Positions 9,373 through 18,889 of a DNA stretch of 64,000 nucleotides are shown here, one piece after another. The DNA lies in assembly GCA_046116545.1 (NCBI GenBank), contig CP175956.1:385734-449733 (forward strand), written 5' to 3'. This stretch comes from Candidatus Moraniibacteriota bacterium. Lineage in GTDB: Bacteria; Patescibacteriota; Minisyncoccia; Moranbacterales; GCA-2747515. The translations under genes were made by a program, and so were the position numbers. The notes beneath the pieces were generated by a model. That model made no database searches. It saw nothing but the letters and a program-made list of their open reading frames with translations, and had not been told where the DNA came from. How positions within the stretch are numbered: the stretch's first letter is position 1; each line of letters starts with the position of its first letter.

Positions 9373-10125
9373 TTAATATGCTTTTAACTGTAAAATAGAT
9401 CTCTTGAGATTTAACCTTGCCTGATTTTCATATCTATCCTTGAAATAATCTGTAAGAAAGATACTCGATCTATTATTCAAAAAGTCGGCTAAAATTTTAG
9501 ACCTTCCCTCTCGAAATGCTAACTCCTCCACCCATGCATATTCTTTTCTAATATTACTTTCATATTCGTCAAAAATATCTACTGGCTGTCCGAGTATAAG
9601 CAAATCAATATCAAGACCAGTCATCGTATCAGTGCTATGCGGAGTATTTTTGTGATCATAATAAATAATTGCTTGAGCAACAGCATCAACTATTTCACTT
9701 ACTACACCATACTTTGTCAAAAACTCCCTAGCATATTCACCACTCATCACATCATTATACCCCAGGGCATACTCTCTTGCTTCGCAATTCACCTCATCAC
9801 TCCTACTAAAATCCATCACACTATCATGCAAAACCAATTGCCACAACACATTTATTGGATTTTTAACTTTGTCTACAACATGCTCAAAAAAACTATGTAT
9901 ACAAAATTCGATGTGACCATCAAATGTATGATAATATCGTTTTGACTTATTATATTTTACAACAAGTTCCTGAAATCCTTGTTGATAATCACCAGTGCAT
10001 GCGCTATATCGCCACAAAGTTTCAAATTTTCTTTCTAAACAGTTCATCCCTAATCCTCCGCTTTTTGTAGAGACACGATTAATAGTATCTCTACAATTTT
10101 CATTATAAATGACTGCAAAAAGCAA
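9373..10125 (-). CDS. HD-domain metal-dependent phosphohydrolase (predicted)
   Basis: H..H...HD...D spacing: YHTFDGHIEFCIHSF ... LVLHDSVMD; no closer family assignment possible by eye. Confidence 0.4.
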   Translation of the reverse strand: MLFAVIYNENCRDTINRVSTKSGGLGMNCLERKFETLWRYSACTGDYQQGFQELVVKYNKSKRYYHTFDGHIEFCIHSFFEHVVDKVKNPINVLWQLVLHDSVMDFSRSDEVNCEAREYALGYNDVMSGEYAREFLTKYGVVSEIVDAVAQAIIYYDHKNTPHSTDTMTGLDIDLLILGQPVDIFDEYESNIRKEYAWVEELAFREGRSKILADFLNNRSSIFLTDYFKDRYENQARLNLKRSILQLKAY

Positions 10126-11137
10126 CGGCCTGTTTACGCAATTCGCCTATGTGACAATCAGTGTTAACATACACAAAATTTAATATCTCGCACTTACAAA
10201 TATCCCGTGATTCTTGTAAGTTTGGTATCGCATTAGTCAAAACTTTGTGCTTAGGGGTTCCACGTTTATCCAAACGTTCATGACTTACATCATCACTACA
10301 TCCAACATAAATAATCTTCCCACCTAAATATTTATACACTTCCTTCCCTGCTCTAAGTCCATACGGAACTTCCAAAAAAATATTACTGCCAGCAGGAACT
10401 TGTCGCAAATATTCTCGCACTGCTCCAAACCATACATCTACTATAACCTTAGTTACTTCCGAATCATTCTTTGAAACAAGTGCAACCAAATCTGCGTCCT
10501 GACCAAACTTATCCAGAAGTAATGGTCGTACACGCTTTGAACATTCATCAGTATCAATCCAAATATTTTTGGTATCAACTTCAGAAACCATCTTCAAAAA
10601 AGTACTCTTACCTGATCCAGGGCAACCTACAACCATAAATATATTTCTGGCCTGTAGCTCTCTTTCTAAAAGAATTGAGACGATGCCCGGCGCTACATAT
10701 TTCGCCAACATTTGAAAATCAAGATCACCAATAGCACGCCTCGCACGTGTAGCAGAAACAGAGACGAACTCCTCCTTAGCCCACACATAAAATATTTTAT
10801 CAATGCCAAACATCTCTTTGTTAATCTTCATGACATGTCTCTCATGCTCCATATCATCCTCGCACCTAATACCACGAATCATGACAACATCAGGAAAATC
10901 AAATCTACCTTTACTTTCTTCAAATGTAATCACATCTACATTGCTCGGTAAATTATAATACTTCCACATTGCTACACATTCTTTTTCACTAAACCAGCGT
11001 GTCTTATCCTTCTTCTCATTAGTTGAACAGACAATTGTTACTTTTGGTAAAATTCTACTAGCCTCTTTCACAATTGCAAAGTGTCCATACGTCGGTGGTG
11101 AAAAAACTCCTGGAAAAATAAATTGTCCATTACTCAT
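10103..11137 (-). CDS. bifunctional cytidylyltransferase-like nucleotidyltransferase (CoaD/NMNAT class) + P-loop kinase (NadR- or CoA-synthase-like architecture)
   Basis: N-term FPGVFSPPTYGHFAIV...VTIVCSTNEKKD...ISATRARRAIGDLD collinear with PPAT/CoaD (GTFDPITNGH...NPSKKPLF...SS(T/S)L(I/V)RE..GGD); C-term FMVVGCPGSGKSTFLK Walker A kinase domain. Confidence 0.55.
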   Translation of the reverse strand: MSNGQFIFPGVFSPPTYGHFAIVKEASRILPKVTIVCSTNEKKDKTRWFSEKECVAMWKYYNLPSNVDVITFEESKGRFDFPDVVMIRGIRCEDDMEHERHVMKINKEMFGIDKIFYVWAKEEFVSVSATRARRAIGDLDFQMLAKYVAPGIVSILLERELQARNIFMVVGCPGSGKSTFLKMVSEVDTKNIWIDTDECSKRVRPLLLDKFGQDADLVALVSKNDSEVTKVIVDVWFGAVREYLRQVPAGSNIFLEVPYGLRAGKEVYKYLGGKIIYVGCSDDVSHERLDKRGTPKHKVLTNAIPNLQESRDICKCEILNFVYVNTDCHIGELRKQAVAFCSHL

Positions 11138-11180
11138 ACTTTACCCTCCTGCTATATTTACTATTATGATTATTTAAACT

Positions 11181-11217
11181 CCTTCGCATTGTCATCCTGA
11201 ATTTATTTCAGGATCTA
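11181..11217. repeat. TGTCAT-family palindromic unit upstream of frameshifted TrmB gene
   Basis: ccttcgcattgtcatcctgaatttatttcaggatc. Confidence 0.4.
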
Positions 11218-11449
11218 AGTCTTACTAGAGCTTTGTGATATTACAAGATTCTGTAATAAGTTCAGAATGAGATCTTCTATTGTTAAATTACTATAAATAG
11301 CTTATACTAATTAACAAGATAAATCGTCAGTGACAACTAAAAATATTATCAGTTCCTTGTTTTTAAGTTAAATAAAGAACTATCACATCAATAATTGTCG
11401 ATTTATTTCGACATCACTACTGATTTATATAAAAAATTTATCAATTATT

Positions 11450-12200
11450 ATGTCACAAAAAATTAAAAAGTATTTACGAGAATTAGGCTTTAGTAAAAAT
11501 GAACAAAAAATCTATATAGCACTTACTGAGCTTGGTGAAGCTAGTGCTTCCATAATTGCAAAAAAAAGCAGATACACCACGCACCACAGCAATAAGCATC
11601 CTAGAAAAACTTGAGAAAGAAAAATATATATCTATCCAACGTTACCGTGGTCGAAACACATTTTGGATTGAATCACCTCAAATGATCAAAAAATCGCTTG
11701 AACAAAAAGTAGTAATAGCTGATGAATTAGATATACTTTTAACAGATCTCTATCGATCAGAGTCTGATTTTCCATATGCAAAAATATATGATACTAAATC
11801 TAGCATCAAATCATTCATCGAAACCCTAATATCAAAAACTGAAAATGGGACTACTATCTATACTATTGATAATCCAAAGTCAGGAAATTACCGTAAGATC
11901 CTATCGAAGAAATTTTATTACGATATGATTGCTATGAAAAATAAAAATAATATTACAACACAAACACTTATCCCAGAAGGTACCTACAAAACAATAAATC
12001 CTCAAAAAATTATTGACAGAAATATTGAAATTCATGAATTACCTAAAAATGTAGAATTTAAAGCATCTCTCTGGATTATTGATAACACACTAGTTCTATT
12101 TTCAGGAAAATATCCTTTTATCGTTGCCGTTAATCATAAGATTATAACAAGTAGTATTAAATCATTTTTCGACTATTTTTGGATGATTGCCAAAAATTAA
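11450..12200 (+). CDS. TrmB-family transcriptional regulator, interrupted by +1 frameshift in A8 run at 11560-11567 (paralog of 52906..53649)
   Basis: ATG at 11450 gives MSQKIKKYLRELGFSKNEQKIYIALTELGEASASIIAKK then stop; ORF-track frame 11556..12200 continues ADTPRTTAISILEKLEKE...; removing one A fuses them to SIIAKKADTPRTTAISILEKL, which aligns with the intact paralog YRVAQKSGVKKPTTYVLLDEL. Confidence 0.55.
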
Positions 12201-12238
12201 ACAAGGAAACCACTCATATATCGAGTGGTTTTTTCAGA

Positions 12239-12982
12239 TTATTTTGTAAATATCAATTCTCTTTTTTTAAATTTATATAATTTTGCTGGCCTATGCTTCA
12301 TGCCCTCTTTTACTTTCTTTGTTTCTGCCAGAATATTAAGTGATAGAATCTTTTTTCGAAAATTTCTTTTATCAACTATTGTGCCTAAAATAATCTCATA
12401 AACTTGTTGCATTTCAGTTAAAGTAAATGTTTTTGGTAACAGCCCATATACAATATTTGAATATTCAATCTTTGCCCTCAATCGTTCCACGCCAAACACA
12501 ATCATTTCTTTATGGTCAAATGCCATCTGTGGTAATTCTTCTACATCCACCCAATCAATGTCAGAGTAATAATCCATTGTTTTAAGATCAAGTTTATCAC
12601 TATTAACCAATGCAAAATATGCAACAGATATCATTCGTCCACGAATATCTCGCTTAAGGCTACTAAAACTATAGAGTTGCTCCATGTAAACACCTTTAAT
12701 TCCTGCTTTTTTCTTAAGCACATTTTTTGCTGCTTGATCCAGTGTCTCATCAATCTGTACAATTCCACCTGGCAACGCCCATTTATTCTCATATTTACCA
12801 CTACCAATTTCAATAAGTAAAGTCATTAATTTACCCTCTCGAATCGTAAAAATTAAAGTATCTACAGCAACAGCTGGTCCAATAATTAATTCATCTTTTC
12901 GTTTTGTATTTTGAATTTTCATAAATAAGATATAAAGTGTTATTAATACACTAACAATAACATATTTTTCCAATAAAGTCAA
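12239..12982 (-). CDS. nrtR: NrtR-like regulator: Nudix hydrolase domain + C-terminal winged-helix (NAD-metabolism repressor family)
   Basis: Nudix box region WALPGGIVQIDETLDQAAKNVLKKKAGI; ~90-aa C-terminal extension typical of NrtR wHTH; location at edge of pncA/NMNAT cluster. Confidence 0.55.
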   Translation of the reverse strand: MTLLEKYVIVSVLITLYILFMKIQNTKRKDELIIGPAVAVDTLIFTIREGKLMTLLIEIGSGKYENKWALPGGIVQIDETLDQAAKNVLKKKAGIKGVYMEQLYSFSSLKRDIRGRMISVAYFALVNSDKLDLKTMDYYSDIDWVDVEELPQMAFDHKEMIVFGVERLRAKIEYSNIVYGLLPKTFTLTEMQQVYEIILGTIVDKRNFRKKILSLNILAETKKVKEGMKHRPAKLYKFKKRELIFTK

Positions 12983-13012
12983 TGTGGCATTGCAATATGC
13001 ACAAACACATCA

Positions 13013-13669
13013 CTAAAAATATTCTTTTATCAACTTTACTATATCACCAGATGAATTAGCAAAACCAAAAGGAGCCCCTTTTTCCAATGTGTCAACTCTC
13101 TGAAATCCCCAAGTCACTGCAATGGACGCAATCCCTAGTGAATTAGCCTCTTTCAAATCCCCTAATGTATCAGTTACAAATATAATATTTTCCACGTCTA
13201 ATTTAGTATTCTTTAAAATCTTCTCAAATTTCTTTTCTTTTGATGGATTTGTTTCTACTCCATAAATTGTACACAGGTTTTCACAAATATTTTTTTCCTT
13301 GAAAAAATCTTTTATATTTCCTTCACACCCTGATGACACTATAAAGGATTTTCCGATTTCTTGAGACCACCTTGCAACATCATCCATGCCTTCCACAATT
13401 GGTAATTTAATCAATTCAGATTTTATACTTTGACAGTATTTTTGTACATCAAAATTTCCCAATTCTAATCCTAAATCATCATCTTCATAAACATTACCAC
13501 TATGAATCTCATAAAAAGCTTTGTTATCCATTTTTATATCCAAAAAACTCTCAATATGTTTTTTGTGAAAATCAAAATCATCTACAAACACTCCATCAAA
13601 ATCAAAAACTATAGCTTTATCTTTTTTCATATTTTTATTTAATATATGCTTCACCGTCAAAAAACTCAT
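13013..13669 (-). CDS. HAD-superfamily hydrolase (beta-phosphoglucomutase-like phosphatase)
   Basis: AIVFDFDGVFVDD (DxDG motif I), ...SSG (motif II), ...VTDTLGD (motif IV). Confidence 0.6.
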   Translation of the reverse strand: MSFLTVKHILNKNMKKDKAIVFDFDGVFVDDFDFHKKHIESFLDIKMDNKAFYEIHSGNVYEDDDLGLELGNFDVQKYCQSIKSELIKLPIVEGMDDVARWSQEIGKSFIVSSGCEGNIKDFFKEKNICENLCTIYGVETNPSKEKKFEKILKNTKLDVENIIFVTDTLGDLKEANSLGIASIAVTWGFQRVDTLEKGAPFGFANSSGDIVKLIKEYF

Positions 13670-14417
13670 TATCTATCACGTCTTTTATTCTATCATACTC
13701 TTTTCTGTCTTCTATTTTCCAAACCAATACTGGCTTCTGTCGTTTTTTAGCTACTTTTACAGGCCAAGAACCTGGAACTGTATTAGCTCGACATCCAAAA
13801 AAATCAGGTTTATTATTACTTAAAATCCACGAAATATACAAAAACATTTTCTTACATACTGCAGTAATATAGCGCCTATTCTCAAAATTAGTAAAATTTT
13901 GACCTCGTATAATTTCATCTGCGTTATCAGCAAACCATTTGACCACAAAGGGATTAAAAGATGAAATTGCATATTTTCCATCATATTTTTTCACTAATGC
14001 AAAAACATCTTTACAGATTTTATAATCAAAATATGATTTACTTTTTATCTCTATGATAATTGGTACTTCTCCATTAACTAAAGTTAGTACTTCTTCAAGA
14101 AGCAATATTCTCTGTTTTGAATTGTTTAGTGTTAGCTTTTTTATATCATCATATTTTGTTTCAGAGACACTTTCTTTATATCCTGTCATCCTATTCAATG
14201 TCCAATCATGAAAAACTACTAACCTGTCATCGATAGTTAGTTGAACATCTAACTCTATTGGATACCCCGCATCAATAGCACGAGAAAAAGCCACTAAAGA
14301 ATTCTCTGCGACACTATCATTATGAAGTCCACGATGTGCAATTGGTTTTTTTGTTAAAAATTTTATATCTTTCATAATAGCCCACCATAAGCACTGCCCA
14401 TAACACTCAAAAACCAT
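13635..14417 (-). CDS. glycerophosphodiester phosphodiesterase (GDPD/UgpQ family)
   Basis: IAHRGLHNDSVAENSLVAFSRAIDAGYPIELDVQLTIDDRLVVFHDWTLNR = canonical GDPD HR(G)...E.D(V/I)....DG..VV.HD; real start probably the internal MKDIKF. Confidence 0.7.
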   Translation of the reverse strand: MVFECYGQCLWWAIMKDIKFLTKKPIAHRGLHNDSVAENSLVAFSRAIDAGYPIELDVQLTIDDRLVVFHDWTLNRMTGYKESVSETKYDDIKKLTLNNSKQRILLLEEVLTLVNGEVPIIIEIKSKSYFDYKICKDVFALVKKYDGKYAISSFNPFVVKWFADNADEIIRGQNFTNFENRRYITAVCKKMFLYISWILSNNKPDFFGCRANTVPGSWPVKVAKKRQKPVLVWKIEDRKEYDRIKDVIDNEFFDGEAYIK

Positions 14418-14578
14418 GGAATAATAAATACTAATCCAATAGCTGGTAAAACAAATGCAATGATGGAAATAATTAAAGTAGCTAAAAATATTTTGCGAGT
14501 TTGTTCTACACTTTTATAAATTGCATTTAATTTTGCATCTTGTTCTTCTAGTTGTTGTAATATTACATTTTCTTCCAT
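14372..14578 (-). CDS. small membrane protein (hypothetical)
   Basis: 68-aa ORF with one clear TM helix (LATLIISIIAFVLPAIGLVFIIPWFL); no homology recognised. Confidence 0.3.
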   Translation of the reverse strand: MEENVILQQLEEQDAKLNAIYKSVEQTRKIFLATLIISIIAFVLPAIGLVFIIPWFLSVMGSAYGGLL

Positions 14579-14681
14579 AATATTGTTTCTATTTAATTGT
14601 TTTATATACTTAATATTAACATACTAACAAAAAAGCATTGATTATGCATCAATGCTTTTATGCTGGAAATAATTTCATTCA

Positions 14682-16310
14682 CTATAATTGTCCTCCACAA
14701 TTTGCACAAAACTTTGCACCTGCTATATTATCAGTGCCACAATTTGCACATTTTACAGGAATTATTTCATCTGAATTAGAGCCTTTATTTGCACCAAAAG
14801 CATTTTGATCTGTTGACTCATTATTTTTTTGTATCGATTGTGAATTTTGCACAGCTTCTTGTTGTATTGGCATTTCAATAGGTTGTGTTTTATTTTTCCT
14901 TTTTAAAGTTTTAATTACTATAAGTATTATTACAATAAGTATAATAATACCGAGTACACCAACAACGCCCAGTACCATAAAGCTAAATCCACCAGCTGTT
15001 GTGTCTTTTGCTGAACTTGCAATATTTACGTCATTTATTTTTACAGATGCCTTTTCTCCAGTTATACTATCATCTTGCATATCAGACCTTGCCTCACCAA
15101 TACCAGCTTCCGTATTTGCTTTTATTGTTGATGCTTTCTCTATAGGAGCGCCTTCTCCCTCTAAAGCAATTATAATATCGTACTGAGTTTTATCTTTTTT
15201 CGTTTTTTCAGACTCATATGCTGGACACCAAGAATAATTTCCACACGATTCTCTCCAATCATTCCCGATTGAAATATAATATTCACCTGTTTCATCTGCA
15301 ATAAATGCGGCTTTATAAGAAACTGGCTCTGTTGATCCTGACCGTAACCCTAGTGTTACTGGGGAAAATGCTCCAGAACCACATGAATCAGCGACCAACT
15401 CACTAACAACTGATTGATATTTATCATAAATTTTTACAACAGGCAACATACACATACTAGTTGCGTTATCTTCACTCATTGCCTGTTCTCTTTTCATATT
15501 TAATGCCGCTATAATATTTTGCCCCTTATATGCCTTAATTTTATAAAATTTAGTCTCACCGGCACGAATATCACCACCATAAGCACCCTCTTTAATAGTT
15601 GGTGCATTTACAAAGCCAGTACCTGCTGCAACACCGCCTGCATTTGCAAATCCTTCAAAAGCTCTTTGTGAAAAAAATGTCATACTTGCCACTAATTCTC
15701 CAGCATTCTTTGCACTTCTGTACTCTCCGCCTGTAGCCTGAGCAACACATTTAAGTTGTTCTTCTGCAATTCCACTAACATCAAATCCAACAGTGTTTAC
15801 AACTATATCAAATCCTTCGTCACGCATTTTTTTAACTGTTGCACAAGGATCTCCACCACATGTTTCCTCACCATCAGAAACAAGTATTACCATTTTGCCA
15901 AATTCTGGATTTTTATTAAAATCAGATTTTGTTTGTTGTAAAGAATAATCAATCGGAGTCCAACCGCCTGGATTAAGAGAATTAATTTTTGAAATTAATT
16001 GACTTTTATTTATTTTACTAATTGGATAAATTAATTCTGAATCCTGACAATCTTTATTTGCACTCGTTGATCTATGTCCATATGCACGAAATCCCACAAA
16101 TGCATTTTCTGGCATTTCATTTATAACTGTTGTCAGAGCTTCTTTTGCTACATCCATTTTTGATTTTCCTCCATCTATGATTCCTGCCATACTGCCTGAT
16201 ACATCCAAGATAATTTCGACATCATTACCTTTTATATCTACTGCCTGGACTTGTTGTACAAAAACCATACTGAATATGGCTAGACTGAGCATTATATAAA
16301 TCTTGTTCAT
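14682..16310 (-). CDS. exported vWA-domain protein with C-terminal TM helix and cytoplasmic double zinc-ribbon
   Basis: signal peptide MNKIYIMLSLAIFSMVFVQQVQA; ILDVSGSMAG (MIDAS DxSxS), GGWTP, ILVSDGEE; TM FSFMVLGVVGVLGIIILIVIILIV; tail CANCGTDNIAGAKFCANCGGQL. Confidence 0.6.
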   Translation of the reverse strand: MNKIYIMLSLAIFSMVFVQQVQAVDIKGNDVEIILDVSGSMAGIIDGGKSKMDVAKEALTTVINEMPENAFVGFRAYGHRSTSANKDCQDSELIYPISKINKSQLISKINSLNPGGWTPIDYSLQQTKSDFNKNPEFGKMVILVSDGEETCGGDPCATVKKMRDEGFDIVVNTVGFDVSGIAEEQLKCVAQATGGEYRSAKNAGELVASMTFFSQRAFEGFANAGGVAAGTGFVNAPTIKEGAYGGDIRAGETKFYKIKAYKGQNIIAALNMKREQAMSEDNATSMCMLPVVKIYDKYQSVVSELVADSCGSGAFSPVTLGLRSGSTEPVSYKAAFIADETGEYYISIGNDWRESCGNYSWCPAYESEKTKKDKTQYDIIIALEGEGAPIEKASTIKANTEAGIGEARSDMQDDSITGEKASVKINDVNIASSAKDTTAGGFSFMVLGVVGVLGIIILIVIILIVIKTLKRKNKTQPIEMPIQQEAVQNSQSIQKNNESTDQNAFGANKGSNSDEIIPVKCANCGTDNIAGAKFCANCGGQL

Positions 16311-16393
16311 ACTTTTATTTTTATTTATTACTTAATTATATTATATATCAATTTCCCAAAAAAATAAATATCACTAAACTCTTCATTAAATAT

Positions 16394-17074
16394 TTATTTA
16401 TTTATATTTTTATCACAAATATTTTTTAATACACATTCATTACATTTTGGTTTTCTTCCACAAATTGCACGACCATGTGTTATTAAATATTCATTCCAGC
16501 TTAAGTATTCGGATGGATTAATCAAATCACTTAATTCTTTACTCATTTTAATTGGTGTATTTGCATCACTTAGACCAAACCGCTTTGATAACCTAAATAC
16601 ATGCGTGTCCACTGCCAATCCATCATTTTTATCATACAATTTTGCTAACACTAAATATGCTGTTTTGTGTGATACTCCACGTAATTTCAATAAATCTTCC
16701 AAATTATCTGGTACTTCCCCATTTAAATCTTCTGTAATAATTCTTCCAGTTTCTTTTAATGCTTTTGCCTTTGATTTATAAAATCCCGTTGAATAAATTT
16801 CTTTTTCTAAAGTTTTTATATCTGCATTTGCATAATCACTGGCTGTAATATACTTTTTAAAAAGCTCCTTTGTTACAATATTCACACGTACATCAGTACA
16901 TTGTGCTGAAAGAATAATTCCAATAAGTAATTCCAAAGGATTACTCCAAATTATAAAAGGTCCTGTTATTTTATATTCTTTTTTCAATAACTTTAATATC
17001 TCAACAACTTTATCTTTTTTATTCATATTTAAATTGTTACACAAAAAAACCACATTGACAAAAAAATATCTCAC
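16394..17074 (-). CDS. nth: endonuclease III (HhH-GPD DNA glycosylase/AP lyase)
   Basis: HhH-GPD core (LLKLRGVSHKTAYLVL...VDTHVFR) and C-terminal 4Fe-4S motif CGRKPKCNECVLKNIC. Confidence 0.75.
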   Translation of the reverse strand: MRYFFVNVVFLCNNLNMNKKDKVVEILKLLKKEYKITGPFIIWSNPLELLIGIILSAQCTDVRVNIVTKELFKKYITASDYANADIKTLEKEIYSTGFYKSKAKALKETGRIITEDLNGEVPDNLEDLLKLRGVSHKTAYLVLAKLYDKNDGLAVDTHVFRLSKRFGLSDANTPIKMSKELSDLINPSEYLSWNEYLITHGRAICGRKPKCNECVLKNICDKNINK

Positions 17075-17133
17075 TGTTAGACTAAACCATTACAAAAAAA
17101 TTGTTATTTTAAAAAACAACGGAGGAGTTACAC

Positions 17134-17616
17134 ATGTCAACTGAAAGAAGAGCTGCTATTATAAATGATATTCACAAATTACAAGAAGGTACTTCAACAG
17201 AGGCTGAAATAAAGATAGCTATATCAAAATTACTCATACTTCAAAGAGCCGAATCTTCAAAACATGAAGATGAGTCTCTTCAGTTATATGCACTTATTGA
17301 TGAACTTACTGACAAGCTTGTTGAACAAAAACGTGTATACTCTTCTTTAGAATTAGCAACAAATCAAAAAGCATCTGAAATATCGATACTTCAAAAAGAA
17401 GCACAACTTCTTAAACGCAAGCTTCTTGAGAAAGATGCTGATTTGAACTCGCTATCAAGATATAATTCCATGTTATTTAGTGCTATTAGCATATTAAATA
17501 GTCAATTTAAGAAACTAACTACAAAAAAAGGCCGACTCAAGGATTATAAAAAAATCACTACATCTGCAGTCGTACTTATAGCTGAAACAATAACAAACTG
17601 CACTCCAAAAGAGTGA
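17134..17616 (+). CDS. hypothetical coiled-coil protein
   Basis: 160-aa ORF, Lys/Glu/Leu-rich heptad-like sequence; followed immediately by intrinsic terminator. Confidence 0.4.
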   Translation: MSTERRAAIINDIHKLQEGTSTEAEIKIAISKLLILQRAESSKHEDESLQLYALIDELTDKLVEQKRVYSSLELATNQKASEISILQKEAQLLKRKLLEKDADLNSLSRYNSMLFSAISILNSQFKKLTTKKGRLKDYKKITTSAVVLIAETITNCTPKE

Positions 17617-17626
17617 TTGAATGCGC

Positions 17627-17660
17627 AAAAGCCCAACAATAAAATTGTTGGGCTTTTTTC
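17627..17660. terminator. bidirectional terminator between convergent genes
   Basis: aaaagcccaacaa-taaaa-ttgttgggcttttttc. Confidence 0.7.
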
Positions 17661-17683
17661 TTATGTTCTCATGACATTCTTAC

Positions 17684-18814
17684 TTATTCCTTATTTTGTT
17701 TCATCTTATACCAAACAAATACACCTAATGCTACACATACTAGTATTAGCATTATTGCAAACATTGGTCTATAAAAAATCCAAGCAATTGCGATTGTCAA
17801 TAAAGAAATTTGTACTGCTGCTATGAATGACATAATACCAATTCCAAAACCTATGATATTACCTATAAATGGCACAACATCTCCAATAACTTCCAAAGGT
17901 TTCAAAATAATTTTTGTACCAATCATTATCATAAAAAACCCAACAAATCGTAATATCCATGTCATTAGCTTATTGCTGCTTTTTGCTGAATCAAACATCT
18001 GCTGAGCTGTTTGATCTCGAGAAGTCAAAAATTCTAATGTCTGTCCTTTACTGGTCACAAAAGGTTTAAAGCTATCTCCCTTTTGTTGAGAAATCATACT
18101 AACTACTTCTGGACTTACAGTTTGATAACTGATTTTCAAATCACCTATTTTTGGATTATTCTGATCTTCTCCGATATATATTATTCCACCAATTAATTTA
18201 ATACTGTCATCTTCTGAAACCTCTTTTTTCATTTCTACAACTGGAAAGTTTTTATAGTTCCCAATTTTATTTATCAAAGACTCTGATAATTTAAACTTTC
18301 CCAACTGCACATTACCTGCACTTAAAGTATCACTTTCATACATCATGATTCCAGGATTATCATGACCTTGATCATGAAAGCCTCCACTATCAATTAAACT
18401 ACTATTCCAATCTTTATTGTAAGTATAAGTTGTTGTTGTCTCTGTGCTCCCTCCCATTTTTTTTGTACTAGAAGAATCAGTGTTTTCTTCCCATTGATAC
18501 ATCTCCACTAAACGTTTTAATTTTATTCCTTCAAATACAACACCAAACTGACTATCTTCTAATACATCCTTAGTTTCCAACTTTCCATTTAAATGCACAA
18601 GCTTTCCATCTTGCCCAGGATCAATTTGCTCTATTGAAGCATTTTCAACCATGCTTTGACCTTCATCTAATGCCTTTTTTGTATGAACTGCTCGTCCCTC
18701 ATTCCAAAACAAAAGCACTATAGCAGCAATTAATAAAAGAACACCAAAAAGAATCCCTTTAATAGAACCACCTAATCGACTACCCCAGGATTCTGACGTT
18801 GTAACTGTAGACAT
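17684..18814 (-). CDS. TMEM43/DUF1625-like membrane protein (N-terminal TM, large loop, C-terminal TM bundle)
   Basis: N-term TM ILFGVLLLIAAIVLLFW, conserved-looking EMYQWEE motif, C-terminal multi-TM region; assignment from memory of the family, moderate. Confidence 0.4.
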   Translation of the reverse strand: MSTVTTSESWGSRLGGSIKGILFGVLLLIAAIVLLFWNEGRAVHTKKALDEGQSMVENASIEQIDPGQDGKLVHLNGKLETKDVLEDSQFGVVFEGIKLKRLVEMYQWEENTDSSSTKKMGGSTETTTTYTYNKDWNSSLIDSGGFHDQGHDNPGIMMYESDTLSAGNVQLGKFKLSESLINKIGNYKNFPVVEMKKEVSEDDSIKLIGGIIYIGEDQNNPKIGDLKISYQTVSPEVVSMISQQKGDSFKPFVTSKGQTLEFLTSRDQTAQQMFDSAKSSNKLMTWILRFVGFFMIMIGTKIILKPLEVIGDVVPFIGNIIGFGIGIMSFIAAVQISLLTIAIAWIFYRPMFAIMLILVCVALGVFVWYKMKQNKE

Positions 18815-18889
18815 AATATCTATAACATTAAAAATAAAAAATATTTACTATAATAATACTACATATCGTAATTCTTCCCTAGTCCTTAG

